DNA of 63,982 nucleotides, filler included, from Octopus bimaculoides (Eukaryota): NCBI RefSeq assembly GCF_001194135.2. It is 5 parts of 3 records of this genome, joined end to end, with 100 filler letters (N's around TTAATTAATTAA, not from the genome) between each part and the next. Parts side by side here need not be neighbours in the genome. Positions count along the whole stretch, not along the records: positions 38,691 to 55,668 come from NC_068997.1; positions 55,769 to 62,756 come from NC_068990.1; positions 62,857 to 63,982 come from NW_026417206.1; 2 more parts are not named here. One strand, 5' to 3'. Shown piece by piece: positions 51,502 to 63,982 of this stretch (position 1 is its first letter; each line of letters starts with the position of its first letter). The notes under the pieces were generated by a model. It saw only the letters and a program-made list of their open reading frames with translations, ran no database searches and was not told where the DNA came from. The position numbers and the translations under genes were made by a program.

Positions 51502-51546
51502 GATGAACGACATCAGGTTTTGACAACTAACGTATTTATCGACCAG
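51502..51546 (+). CDS. Nicotinic-type subunit, 45-nt exon (loop D)
   Basis: Acceptor ttctttccag, donor cag|gtatgt: DERHQVLTTNVFIDQ. A 45-nt exon here is characteristic of nAChR genes. Confidence 0.93.
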
Positions 51547-52006
51547 GTATGTTGGAAGTTTTTTTCTTTTCACTTTATGAAATCTTAAAAATTACTTTAA
51601 AACGCATTTCTTTATTTTTCACATGATAATTTATTTTTAGAAAAGTATTTTAATTGCTTAATCTTGGAAGGGTTGTTATTGTTCTGGAAGTGTGGGTTTG
51701 GTTTATGATGAGCAATATATCTCAAGGACTTCTGCTGGGAAAATGTAGACCATACATGCTCTTAATTACAGTATAACATTACAAGAAGGCTAAAAGAATT
51801 TGGTAATACTGAAGGTTCAAATTCCATTTCTGGTACAGTTAGGGGTTATATGTTATTCTGGTGGTGTACATATAGATTCTATTATATTGTCTTCAAATGT
51901 TTGCTATTAGCTCATCCAAGAATCAAATATAACATGTAGAAAGACTTCTGCAAAGATTCACGTTAAAATATTTGTTTCAATATTTAATGAAATATTTGCT
52001 ATTTAG

Positions 52007-52116
52007 GAATGGTCAGATGAGAACTTATATTGGGAGCCTGGGAAATACAATAGTGTGCGATCTCTACGTGTTCCAGCAAAAAATGTTTGGCTACCGGACA
52101 CATTTATCTACAACAA
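52007..52116 (+). CDS. Nicotinic-type subunit, 110-nt exon (loop A)
   Basis: Acceptor ctatttag, donor aa|gtaagt: EWSDENLYWEPGKYNSVRSLRVPAKNVWLPDTFIYN(N). Confidence 0.95.
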
Positions 52117-52314
52117 GTAAGTAAATGTTTTATTGATACCTGTATTATGTAATACATTTTAATGTTTACTATATACTTGATATATAATAATAGATTTAAA
52201 CATGAATGCACACACATACATATACACACATACACATATATGCGCATGTACATATATACATACATACATATATGATATATACATATATAGATATACATAA
52301 ATATGTTTATATAT

Positions 52315-52374
<60 letters not shown>

Positions 52375-52399
52375 CGATTTAGTTCCATATCGATTAAAC

Positions 52400-52570
52400 T
52401 AGGCTAAAAATCGGAATACACTGGACCAGAAGGTAATACGATGTCAGAGTCAGTGCGTGACCTGGGGGTTCAAATGAGCAATGATGCAACATTCCATGTG
52501 CATATTACCAAGATACCAACACTGTGCAGGTGAGTGGCTGGGTGGACTCTGAAGATATTCAGAACAGGAA
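52400..52570 (+). mobile_element. CR1-type RT C-terminal fragment
   Basis: GPEGNTMSESVRDLGVQMSNDATFHVHITK...GWTLKIFRT contains the VRDLGV motif. Confidence 0.75.
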
Positions 52571-52619
52571 TGTTTTATTGTCCTCTATTGCGTTTTTGTT
52601 CCATTATATGTATGTATAG

Positions 52620-52945
52620 GGAAGGCGCGTGGCTCAGTGGTTAGGGCATTCGACTCACGATCGTAAGGTCGTGAGTTCAATTCCCGGCGACGCGTTGTGT
52701 CCTTGAGCAAGACACTTTATTTCACATTGCTCCAATCCACTCAGCTGGCAAAAGTGAGTAGTACCTGTATTTCAAAGGGCCGGCCTTGTCACACTCTGTG
52801 TCACGCTGAGTCTCCCTGAGAACTACATTAGGGGTACACGTGTCTGTAGATTGCTCAGTCACTTGCACGTTAATTTCACGAGCAAGCTGTTCCGTTGATT
52901 GTATCAGCTGGGACCCTCGTCGTCGTAACCGACGGAGTGCTCCTA
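52620..52945 (+). mobile_element. Full-length tRNA-derived SINE
   Basis: Head GGCGCGTGGCTCAGTGGTTAGGGCATTCGACTCACGATCGTAAGGTCGTGAGTTCAATTCCCGG continues into the repeat body shared with 3776-4032 and 37688-38070. Confidence 0.9.
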
Positions 52946-53385
52946 TATATATGTATATATGTGTCTGTGCGTGTTTGTATGTGTACGTACATATCTTTGT
53001 ATTCACCCCAACACCTACGTTGAAAACCGGTATTGATTTATTTATCACCACGTAACTTAGCAGTTCGGCCAGAGTAGCCGTTTGAGTAAGTACAAGACAT
53101 TTTAAAAAAAAAGTACTGGGGTTGACCTGTTCGCGACTAAACAGTTAAATGTGATGCCCCGGCGTGGCCGCAATCCAATGAGTGAAACAAGTAAAAGATA
53201 CCAAGCGCTTCCTTACTCGCCGTGTACTTTGAAATGGGAAATGTAAATCGTGAGAGATTTTGCTTTTATTTTAACAGATTGAACAACTACAGAGAGGCGC
53301 CCTTTTGTAAGAGACAACGGTACTATAAATATTATTGGGATATTGTAGTGATAAGCCTCTACCACTGAATATATACTACTACTAT

Positions 53386-53430
<45 letters not shown>

Positions 53431-53596
53431 AGCAATTTTCTTTAAAGATCTCGTTTTTCGTGATTACATCCCTTCCATAAGATTTAGACTAGATTTTCGA
53501 GTCCCCCCCCTGTTAAAGCATTTGATTGGCTTGTACTTCATAATGGATAGAATAAACCACCAGCACCGCCGCCGCTTCCGCCATCACCACCGTCAT

Positions 53597-53687
<91 letters not shown>

Positions 53688-53804
53688 CACCACTATATCA
53701 GTGCCATCGTGAATGGGAAAATCCAGTCGAAAAATAAGTGTATCCATTTTAAATTTTAAAATAGCATTCCGTCGGTTAAGATAGCTGTAGTAGTAGTATA
53801 GATC

Positions 53805-54032
53805 CAATCAGTGGAAGAACTTGCTCATGAAATTATCGTGCAAGTATTTCTCAGGGAGATTCAATGTGACACAAAATGTGACAAAGCTTACGCTTTGAAT
53901 TACTGGTACAACTCATTTTTGCCAGCTGAGTGGACTGGAGCAAGGTGAAATAAAATGTCTTGCTGAAGGTCACAGCGCACCGCCAGGAATCGAACCTTAC
54001 GATCGTGACCCGAGTACCCTAACCACTAAACA
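53805..54032 (-). mobile_element. SINE, same family as 52620-52945, inverted
   Basis: Plus strand TTCTCAGGGAGATTCA...TTTTTGCCAGCTGAGTGGACTGGAGC...GGAATCGAACC...CCCTAACCACT. Confidence 0.8.
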
Positions 54033-54187
54033 ATTCACCTTCACCATTTCAAATTTAATGAGAAAAGATACCCGATTGTGATCGGATGTCAAACGTGTAG
54101 AAGCGTTGCGTTGATACAGATATTGCAAATATATTCAGTATGAAGTGTTGATCTTATTAATTAATCATTATGTTTTCTTGTAATTAG

Positions 54188-54732
54188 TGCAGATGATGGC
54201 TCAACCGGCTTTATGCAAGGCACATATGTGTTGGTCAACTATAATGGCAGTGTTCTCTGGCCAGTACCGGTCAAATTAAAAAGTTCCTGTAAAGTTGATA
54301 TTACATATTTTCCGTTTGATGACCAACAATGCATTTTACGATTCGGTTCCTGGATTTACAGCGGTTTATGGATCGATTATATTACAATGATGGAGGGCAA
54401 CCCGGTCGATTTGACCACTTACGTCAACAACAGTGAATGGGATTTACTGGATATCAGACTGGACAAGAATATACGCACCCACTCCTGCTGTCCCGATCCT
54501 CACCCAGATATGACATACACTCTATACATTCGTCGCCGAACTTTCTACTATATATTTAATATTATAATTCCCTGTGTGATGTTATCGGCATTGACGCTGT
54601 TAACATTTTGGCTTCCACCAACGTCAGGGGAAAAGATCACCCTTGGTCTCTCAGTATTTTTAGCCTTTTCGATGTTCATGCTTCTTATTGCTGAACAAGT
54701 TCCAGCAACATCCGAGTCTGTTCCGCTTATTG
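54188..54732 (+). CDS. Nicotinic-type subunit, 545-nt exon (loop E, Cys loop, loops B and C, M1, M2)
   Basis: Acceptor taattag, donor attg|gtaagt, phase 2/1. Contains Cys loop CKVDITYFPFDDQQC, FGSWIY, HSCCPDPHP, RRRTFYYIFNIIIPC (M1), GEKITLGLSVFLAFSMFMLLIAE (M2) and SVPLIG. M3/M4 exons were not found in the window. Confidence 0.97.
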
Positions 54733-57101
54733 GTAAGTATTCACTTTTTCCCAAATATGTCTTTTGAAGAAAATTGAAGGAGCTATAAAAATTGTTTGTA
54801 AAATTTAACTCTAACCATATTTTTTGCATTACACCCTTCCGATGAAATTTGATATAAAAAATTATATTTTGAACGTTGATATTTTTTTAATGATTTTCGT
54901 TTCTATAAAATATCCAACGAAGGGAGTCTCTAAGTAGTTGCTCATCCAACTAGGAAATGATTAGGACTCCTCTACTATACATGAATATATGACGGAATGG
55001 TATGTTTTTGGTTAGGTGTGACCACAACTGCTATTTTAGGCGCAGGCGTGGTTGTGTGGTAAGAAGCTTGCTTCCCAACCACGTGGTTGTCTGCTACTAT
55101 AGCCTCGGGCCGACTAAAACCTTGTGAGTGGATTTGATAGACAGAAACTGAAAGAAGCCTGTCGTATACATATATATATATATATATATATATAGTAAAT
55201 GTAGGATAGAAGATGGAATATACGAGAACTTTTAAAAATCAATCACGGCAATTGTTTCGACACGTCTAGCAACGATTCCTCACGGGTGGGACACTTAACC
55301 GGTTCAGGAGCATTCGGTGGTGCAGCTGTGTCTCATCGGGTGGCAAATAAATACAACTCGTTAAAATAACAGCTCCACGATGAAACGTTTCATTTCGTAG
55401 ATAGAAAAGCAGCAAAACGAAGGAAATATCTTCGTTTATATAGCATATCAAAATCCCAGATACAAATAAGTAACGAACACGCAATACAGCGAGAAAAAAT
55501 ATCTGTTAATAGATATGGGTGTATAAACGCCCTCGCGCAAGTTACATGGTGCGTGCACACTCGCTCATACAAGCTTCCGCGAAAATGTAAGCATACGCAC
55601 ACATGTGGTTTGGTGCACTTACGATCACAAAGCGGGTTAAGTAGCTACTTGTATATATATATATATATNNNNNNNNNNNNNNNNNNNNNNNNNNNNNNNN
55701 NNNNNNNNNNNNTTAATTAATTAANNNNNNNNNNNNNNNNNNNNNNNNNNNNNNNNNNNNNNNNNNNNATATATATATATATATATACATATATATATAC
55801 ATACACGCACACATACACACGCATTTACATATATACACAGGTGAAAATGAATATAAAACAGTAACGCAATGTGTTGTGTTTTACAAAAATACTTGACACT
55901 GATTAATTGTAAAAGTCAATTTAGTGTTTGGCAATAAACATATTACGAACGGAAGATTGAGCAAAGCAAAGACAAGTTTTGTTTTTAGTAGAGTTTTATG
56001 ATACATAATATTTCTTAATCCATTGGTTCGCGAGACGATCGTAAATTATCTTAAATGCTTCGAAGGGTGAACACTGGCTCCCTTTTTTTTTTATATCTTT
56101 TGTCCGTTAGTAAGTAATTCTAGCCTCGTTAAGTTAAGGAATATGTTACACGAATAACACTTTGTAACATTTTTTGTCCTTGGGTAGCAACAGGTATTTC
56201 GTATTTGCTTACTCTTAGAGAGTATGAAAAATGGTTAATATTTCCACCAAACCTTGTTTTTGTTACATTTATTCAAACCTTAAAGAATCCTGCTCATGAT
56301 GAGAGATGCATACATCGTCAGCCACTGAGGGGAATGTTAAATTAGTTATGGTCAAGTAACTGACAAGGAAATCTGTGATACTGAGCAGAATATTTGCTAT
56401 GACGATATTTCTGCTTCCGCAACTTAGTGCTGAATCTGCCTGAAATGTTATGGAAAATAGGTCAATTTCAAAACACTGAAGCAAAATTTGAAGGGAATAT
56501 TAGTAATTTCCTTTGATTTCTAAATAGAAACAAATAGGAAATAACACTTACTGACCAAACACATAAAAAAAAGAAAAAAATTAAATTCATTACACAGTGT
56601 AATCCATGTGGTTGGAAAAGCTGTCAGATAAATCCAAAATGACAGATCTATATCAAACAACATTCCCGAATGATTTGATAGCCATTCTCAACTGCAATAT
56701 TGCAGTCAAGGATTACAGAACAATGTGCTTTGACCAGATAATAGATTTGAACTTGTCCTATGTTTCTGCAGGCTAAGAACATTATACATATCCACTCGTC
56801 CAATTGCAGTCTATTTTGCAACCTTTTAATGTTACTATTTCGAGTTATTTAATAGAACGTTGTTAAAATATTCAGGGTGATATTACATTCGTATATGGAA
56901 GGCAGTGAGCTGGCAGAATTGTTAGCACACCGGGTAAAAAGCTGAACGGCGTTTCATTCGTCTTCTAGTCCTGAGTTCAAATTTCGCTGAGTTCGACTTT
57001 GCATTTCACCCTTTCAGGTAGATAAAACAAGTTCCAGTGAAACACTGGGGTTGATGTACTCTACTCAATCCCTCCATCGAAATTTCTGGCTCTGTTCACA
57101 A

Positions 57102-57177
<76 letters not shown>

Positions 57178-58915
57178 CGACAGGTTTCTTTCAGTTTCCG
57201 TATACCAAATCCATTCACAAGGCTTTAGTCAGTTCGAGGTTATAGTAGAAGACACTTACCCACGGTGCCATGCAGTGGGACTGTGTTTGGAACCATGTAG
57301 TCGGGAAGCAAACTTCTTACCACACAGCTATGCCTCGGAATTAAAAATATATACAGATTAGGCAATGCTGCATCTCCGTTCTTAGAGATACCTGTTTATA
57401 CGTAGGTGGATTAGGCAACTGAAAGTTGAATGTTACCCTGTGACAAATTATAGCAACTAAAACTTGATTTATAATAGAACTAGAGTACTGATACATATGA
57501 AAAACTAACATGATTACAGAAGATCAATATAATTTTAAGATGAACCTAGGAATTGTTTGTTACTGAGCTGATCGATTGTTTAAGAGAACATTCGTCACAT
57601 CAACTTTTCATGTTAGGGCGTGTGAATAAGAATCAGAAGAATGTACTGTTCCGTGCTATATGTTGCATCGGTAGTTACTACATAAAGTTTAATTCATAAG
57701 ATGTGTTGAAGAGGTCAGACAAAGCAGCCAAATATACATATACATACTTTGTAAATTACTTTCTTAGCTTCACGAGTCTCTTTCACAAATATAGGTAGCC
57801 AGTACCATAGGAATAAAGAAAAAAAAAGAGATTATTTATATCATCTGGTGGAAGAAATTTGGAAGATAAATAAATCTCTCATGAAAATCATACATTGATT
57901 TTTATCCTCGTCCACTAGAGAAGGGGCACATAAAATGATATATTTCTTCATGAGAAATCTTTATTTATCTATTTTAGTATTTCTAGCCGAAATCTGTGTC
58001 ACCAATTACTGGAGTCTTAAAGCCCATAAAACTATCTTCTGTAGCTTGCCATGCAGACTGCAGACATATCATAATTATCATGTTGCCTTTCATAATCAAT
58101 ATTCAGGAGAAAGTCTGTTTTGGTTTCTTTTATTTTTTTTTTGTGTTTTGTTTCGTTTTGTTTTGTTGCATTGTTTTACTTTTTCAAAATAGTGGAAATA
58201 TATTTATCAAGTGTGATTCTAAATGAAATATAAATAAAGACAAATTATTTTAATTCGGAAACTATGAAAAGCAAACACTGATACACACTGAATAGTTGCC
58301 AACATTTCTAAACAGTGGACAGCAATTCGAAAACTAAAAAGTCTGAGATTTTCTTTTCTAAATAGCTTCATAGATATTTTAGGAAAGAATTTTCAAGTAG
58401 TTGTAATAACACTAAACGTAGAAATAAAATTAATGTATAACCTCGAGCGGCAATTCTTTTACAACTTTCTCAAAATATTATCTCACACGTCTTGGAATAA
58501 TGCCATTATATCTATGGGTTCTGCTTATTTCATTATAGTGATAGTTGACAAAATTAGAGCAAAGATAACATGCACCATTGGCATTTATGCTTTCGGTTCT
58601 ACACACAACTTCACTTCTGATAGTCAATGTCATTAGATCGGATCTATCTTGTTTTGTTTTGTTCTTTTCGCAATTGCTGGAAATAACTTTTCATGTTTGG
58701 TCACCTAGTTTTAAATATTTCATTACTAAGGATAGTATGATAGTACTGTAAAAAATAAAGGTCTTTCTTTCTTGTACTGGCAGGAATACTGATCTGAAAC
58801 CAATCTCTGACCTGCAAAAGACAATGGTAAAGTAATCCAGAAATCACTCTCAGTCTGATGTCATGCATCAAGGAGACGTAGCACATGTTCTATTGTGTTT
58901 TAAATGAACAGTACT

Positions 58916-58969
<54 letters not shown>

Positions 58970-59452
58970 CATCTATCTATCTTTACATACACATACATAT
59001 ATATTGTTTGTACAAAAGGAAGATAATATAACTCAATACATAAGATAGAGTACCTATATTTTATTATAGCTGAGAAGCTTTATCAGTACTTCAAGGACCG
59101 AGAGTTTCTGGCAAGTTCAGTTATGAAACTGCAAACTAAATTTCAATGAGAGACATTGCGTGCGCATACACACATTTTGGAGAAACGAAAGAAAGTTTCA
59201 CACATATTTAGTAGGCGTTACACATATTTTTAATAACACTTCGATTCAGCTGCATATGACTTCAAGTTTCTCGAGTGCGTAGGTCAGGTCCATCTGAACA
59301 GATATCAAGAGAAAAGTGCTTTGAAGCGAATTCCAGATTGGTGAACTCGGGTGTCGTGGAGTTAATTCTGTGGAAGTGACCCCAGTTTCGTTCATTTTTA
59401 GACTCACGTGCTCGGACAGGGAGGGGGAACCATATATGGTAGAGTGTGCATG

Positions 59453-59489
<37 letters not shown>

Positions 59490-59624
59490 ATATATATATA
59501 TTATATACATAGGCGCAGGAGTAGCTGTGTAGTAAGAAGCTTGCTTTCCAACCACATGGTTCCGGGTTCAGTCCACTGTATAACATATTGGGCAAGTGTC
59601 TTCTACTATAGGATTTGGTAGACG

Positions 59625-60166
59625 GACAAAATAATGGAAACGCCTAGCATCATAGCATCATAATTTTGAAATATCAATAAAACCGTCAGCCCAATGGTTT
59701 CCCTTCATGGCAGAATTAATAGTCAAGACTATTTATACATTTTATCTGATCAAATGCATCCTATGGTTGTGGAACTGTTTCCGGAGGGAAACGCAATCTT
59801 TCAGGATGATAATGCACCAATTCACACAGCTAAAGTTGTTACTGAATGGCACGAGGAACTTTCTAATGAAGTTGAACATCTTATCTGGCCACCATAGTCT
59901 CCAAATTTCAATATTATTGAACATTTATGGTGCATTTTCGAAAAACAAGTAAGGAGTCGATATCCTCCACCATCATCACTACAAGAACTGGAGACTGTCA
60001 TAGTTGAAGAATGGACAAAAATTCCTTTGGAAACAAGTCAAACTTTGTACGAGTCTATACCTCGTAGAATTCAAGCTGTAATTACTGCCAAAGGCGGTCC
60101 CATTCTATATTAAAATAAATGTGTTTGAAATTTTAAGGTGTTTCCATTATTTTGTCCAACCCCTGT
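59625..60166 (+). mobile_element. Internally deleted Tc1 (DD34E) element with both TIRs
   Basis: Left GGACAAAATAATGGAAACGCCT matches the reverse complement of right AGGTGTTTCCATTATTTTGTCC, which ends ...AACCCCTG TA. Protein FQDDNAPIHTAK...WPP.SPNFNIIEHLW...SIPRRIQAVITAKGG. Confidence 0.92.
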
Positions 60167-60333
60167 ATATCATACTGTATGTATGTATGGATTTATGTGT
60201 CTGCTCTAAGGTGCAGTCGACTCATAGTTGAGTGCCTCAGTAACACCTTATTCTCAACAACTAACGCTTCGTTTAGAAACATATGTATATTGAGTTCTAC
60301 ACCAGGTTATTAGTATCGCAATGCTTATGCGAA

Positions 60334-60385
<52 letters not shown>

Positions 60386-60926
60386 ATATATGATTACTAG
60401 TTTCAACAACTGCTATCATATCTAAATCTCATCGGCTAAGGGCTAAAGTAACTTGCTCTTGTTTCCCAACCAGCCTAAGTCAACGTGTATTTATGCAACC
60501 AATTATCAGCAAGGGCATGTTGAGCGGAGGTTAAGAATAAAAGTTCTATCGTATGCATTCTAGCACCGCTATTCGGAGTTCCTGGTTTTTCTAAATGTCT
60601 GCTGCAGTAGCGTATTAACATTGAAAGAATCTACAGCGCATAAAAACATACAACAACTTAAAACCTGAACAACAGTTTCCAGAGCTCTGTTATGGCTTTT
60701 ATCTGAATGCATCCTCGTGCCGACTTGGATACGAATTGGTCGATCCACTCCAAGTTCGTATGATTTTTGTTTCCTTTTTCCACGCTTCAGTAACTAGACT
60801 TGTCGGAGAAAATGACTAAGCAAGCCTTAGTAGTCTAGTAACAAGACTTTTTCTCCATCACAAATCGCAATAATTTCAGTTAAGGAACTATTAAAAACTG
60901 CTCACGCAAATGAGAAAATTAGAATA

Positions 60927-60998
<72 letters not shown>

Positions 60999-61801
60999 NN
61001 NNNNNNNNNNNNNNNNNNNNNNNNNNNNNNNNNNNNNNNNNNNNNNNNNNNNNNNNNNNNNNNNNNNNNNNNNNNNNNNNNNNNNNNNNNNNNNNNNNNN
61101 NNNNNNNNNNNNNNNNNNNNNNNNNNNNNNNNNNNNNNNNNNNNNNNNNNNNNNNNNNNNNNNNNNNNNNNNNNNNNNNNNNNNNNNNNNNNNNNNNNNN
61201 NNNNNNNNNNNNNNNNNNNNNNNNNNNNNNNNNNNNNNNNNNNNNNNNNNNNNNNNNNNNNNNNNNNNNNNNNNNNNNNNNNNNNNNNNNNNNNNNNNNN
61301 NNNNNNNNNNNNNNNNNNNNNNNNNNNNNNNNNNNNNNNNNNNNNNNNNNNNNNNNNNNNNNNNNNNNNNNNNNNNNNNNNNNNNNNNNNNNNNNNNNNN
61401 NNNNNNNNNNNNNNNNNNNNNNNNNNNNNNNNNNNNNNNNNNNNNNNNNNNNNNNNNNNNNNNNNNNNNNNNNNNNNNNNNNNNNNNNNNNNNNNNNNNN
61501 NNNNNNNNNNNNNNNNNNNNNNNNNNNNNNNNNNNNNNNNNNNNNNNNNNNNNNNNNNNNNNNNNNNNNNNNNNNNNNNNNNNNNNNNNNNNNNNNNNNN
61601 NNNNNNNNNNNNNNNNNNNNNNNNNNNNNNNNNNNNNNNNNNNNNNNNNNNNNNNNNNNNNNNNNNNNNNNNNNNNNNNNNNNNNNNNNNNNNNNNNNNN
61701 NNNNNNNNNNNNNNNNNNNNNNNNNNNNNNNNNNNNNNNNNNNNNNNNNNNNNNNNNNNNNNNNNNNNNNNNNNNNNNNNNNNNNNNNNNNNNNNNNNNN
61801 N

Positions 61802-61887
<86 letters not shown>

Positions 61888-62253
61888 AACACACACATAT
61901 ATTTCTATATAATTATGGATTTATATATGTATATGCATATATATGTTTATACGTAGTTATGAATGCACATATATGTGAATTTAAGAGCTTTTGTGTGTGT
62001 GTGTGTAAAGTTAGGTATATTCATTTGATATATATATATAAAAGTATATATATATATATATATATATATTGAATATACATGTCTGCGTGTATATGTGTAT
62101 ATACACACAAACATATATGAATAAATACGCATATTTGTATATGTGCGTGTGTATATAAACACGGACATAAACACACATGGAAAACAAGAGTAAAACAGAA
62201 AATGCAAGAGATACGCAGGTCAAAACGATAGTGAAAGACATTGATATCGGTGG

Positions 62254-62345
<92 letters not shown>

Positions 62346-62856
62346 GGGGAAGTGAGAGAGAGACTAACAGACAGACAGACAGAGACAGAGAGAAAGAGGC
62401 AGACATGCTGACAGACAGACAGACAGTCTGACAGAGATAGGGAGACAGACAGAGACAGATAGATAGAGAAGTAGATATACAGATATACATAGATAGACAG
62501 AGAGATGGAGGGTGAGAGGCGATGAGAGGGAAGAGGGCTGAGTAAATGAGAGCTCAATTATGAATAGTATGCGTTTATAAGAACTTTTAATATTCTATCA
62601 GTAGAAAATCAAATATATAAGCAAATAAAGAGAAAATACTAAAGCTAATTCATAGCTCAGTTGATAAATTAGTCAGATATATTTTATAAGTTCTTTATTA
62701 CACGAGTTACGTGGTTAATGGCAAAAAGTGTACGGCGTATGGGTGCTTACAAACATNNNNNNNNNNNNNNNNNNNNNNNNNNNNNNNNNNNNNNNNNNNN
62801 TTAATTAATTAANNNNNNNNNNNNNNNNNNNNNNNNNNNNNNNNNNNNNNNNNNNN

Positions 62857-62887
<31 letters not shown>

Positions 62888-63519
62888 TTACATATATATG
62901 TACATATTTATAAATATATACATGCAGAAACACATATACATATATATGTGTGTGCTTGCGTGCATGTGGGCGCGCGTGCGCGTGCTTACACGAGCAAACA
63001 ATATATTAAGCATATCAAGTAGTTTTTTTTCCCACACTGGATAATCATCTTGTCTTATTTTTCTTCAAGCTACAAATTTATACAACAGATATGAAAAATC
63101 TTTTGATATAATTCAGCCTTAAACTGTTTTAATTCCTGACCCGGACCCAATAATAATAGGAATATATTATTGTATATTTATGAGACTTTTAATGTGTAAC
63201 AATTTATAATTCGTATTATATCTTTAAATAACTTTGAAGCTAATGAAACTAAATTTTTTTACCTTACATTTTAATCCGATTATATCAGTATATCACGAAG
63301 ACCTTTAGAAGATGGTAATAGTGTGACAAGCATTTAAATGAGCTTCCGATAAATTTCTACTTATTTTTATATAATATAGAAATTATGTTTTTATATAAAG
63401 AAAATTTTTACTTTCTTCAATATTATGGCCACGCGATAGAGATCATATAAAATAAGAAATCATATATAAACGAAGAAGGAAATAGTTATAGTTCGTCCAA
63501 ATAAATCAGGTAATAGAGC

Positions 63520-63948
63520 ATAACAGACCGGATCTAGTGGTGGTCGACAAGATGCACTACATATGTTATGACGTTGATGTTGCGTGCCCCTTTGAACCGC
63601 GAATATTCAAGAAGGAAGGCGAAAATATCGATAAACACAACCCTCTTAAGTACGAAAAATCCCGGCTATGGAAAATGAAGAAGGTGAAGAGAGTGTCAAT
63701 TATTGCTGAGTCCTTGAGAACAGTATTAAAAGGCATCAAAAGAAATATAAAAGAAATTGGAATAGCGTGCCAGTAGAACTGTTACAAACAGTTTGCCTCC
63801 TTGACACGGCCAAAATAATCAGGAAAGTATTAGATAGTTGAAACGAACGGATAGCATGGTACCGTAGACTGCAGGTAGCAAGTTTGCTACGCATGCAAGA
63901 CTCTAAGAGTTCCAACAAAACAGGTGATAAAAAGAAATGATGATGATG

Positions 63949-63982
<34 letters not shown>
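63520..63982 (+). mobile_element. R4/Dong-like RLE retrotransposon 3' end with a (GAT)/(TAA)n tail
   Basis: RPDLVVVDK...DVACPFEPRI..KE...LKYE...LW...ELLQTVCLLDTAKIIRKVLDS*. Confidence 0.85.

Noticed and set aside
52620-52695. tRNA gene candidates, also at 3715-3775 and 38000-38070
   Set aside because: A and B boxes are present, but the acceptor stems are imperfect and each continues into a shared repeat body. They are SINE heads.
58433-58900. Candidate M3/M4 exons of the receptor (hydrophobic ORF at 58433, and acceptor-like ctggcag at about 58783)
   Set aside because: No M3-like GKY...LNxHHR motif, and the phase-1 frame from the acceptor stops after four codons.

Overview
Eukaryotic, AT-rich, microsatellite-dense genomic DNA with many N gaps. 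The SINE/LINE repertoire and gene content point to an octopus (coleoid cephalopod) assembly. No prokaryotic features, CRISPR arrays or rRNA were seen. Three gene pieces are supported by splice sites and in-phase reading frames. (1) The last five coding exons of a multi-exon C2H2 zinc-finger gene on + (20477-27879, then an ~1.3 kb 3' UTR). (2) One orphan two-finger exon on - (36313-36491). (3) Four exons of a Cys-loop, nicotinic-type alpha subunit on + (49555-54732). This subunit keeps the vicinal cysteines and the cation-selective GEK motif, but three aromatic agonist-box residues are replaced (loop C Tyr>His twice, loop D Trp>Phe). The rest is decayed transposon debris (Penelope, RTE, CR1, R4/NeSL-type, Gypsy, Tc1/mariner/maT, hAT, Chapaev3-like), several tRNA-derived SINE families and microsatellites. 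The most unusual non-coding items are a CpG-rich 51-bp satellite that is stop-free in all six frames and flips orientation internally (32295-33744), an unexplained GC-rich island with hairpins (30736-31036), a TGGCACCA-motif array in the zinc-finger 3' UTR, and a CpG-depleted domain over about 19.7-40.4 kb. Most ORFs in the supplied track are microsatellite or gap artefacts. Exon boundaries are exact; repeat boundaries are approximate.
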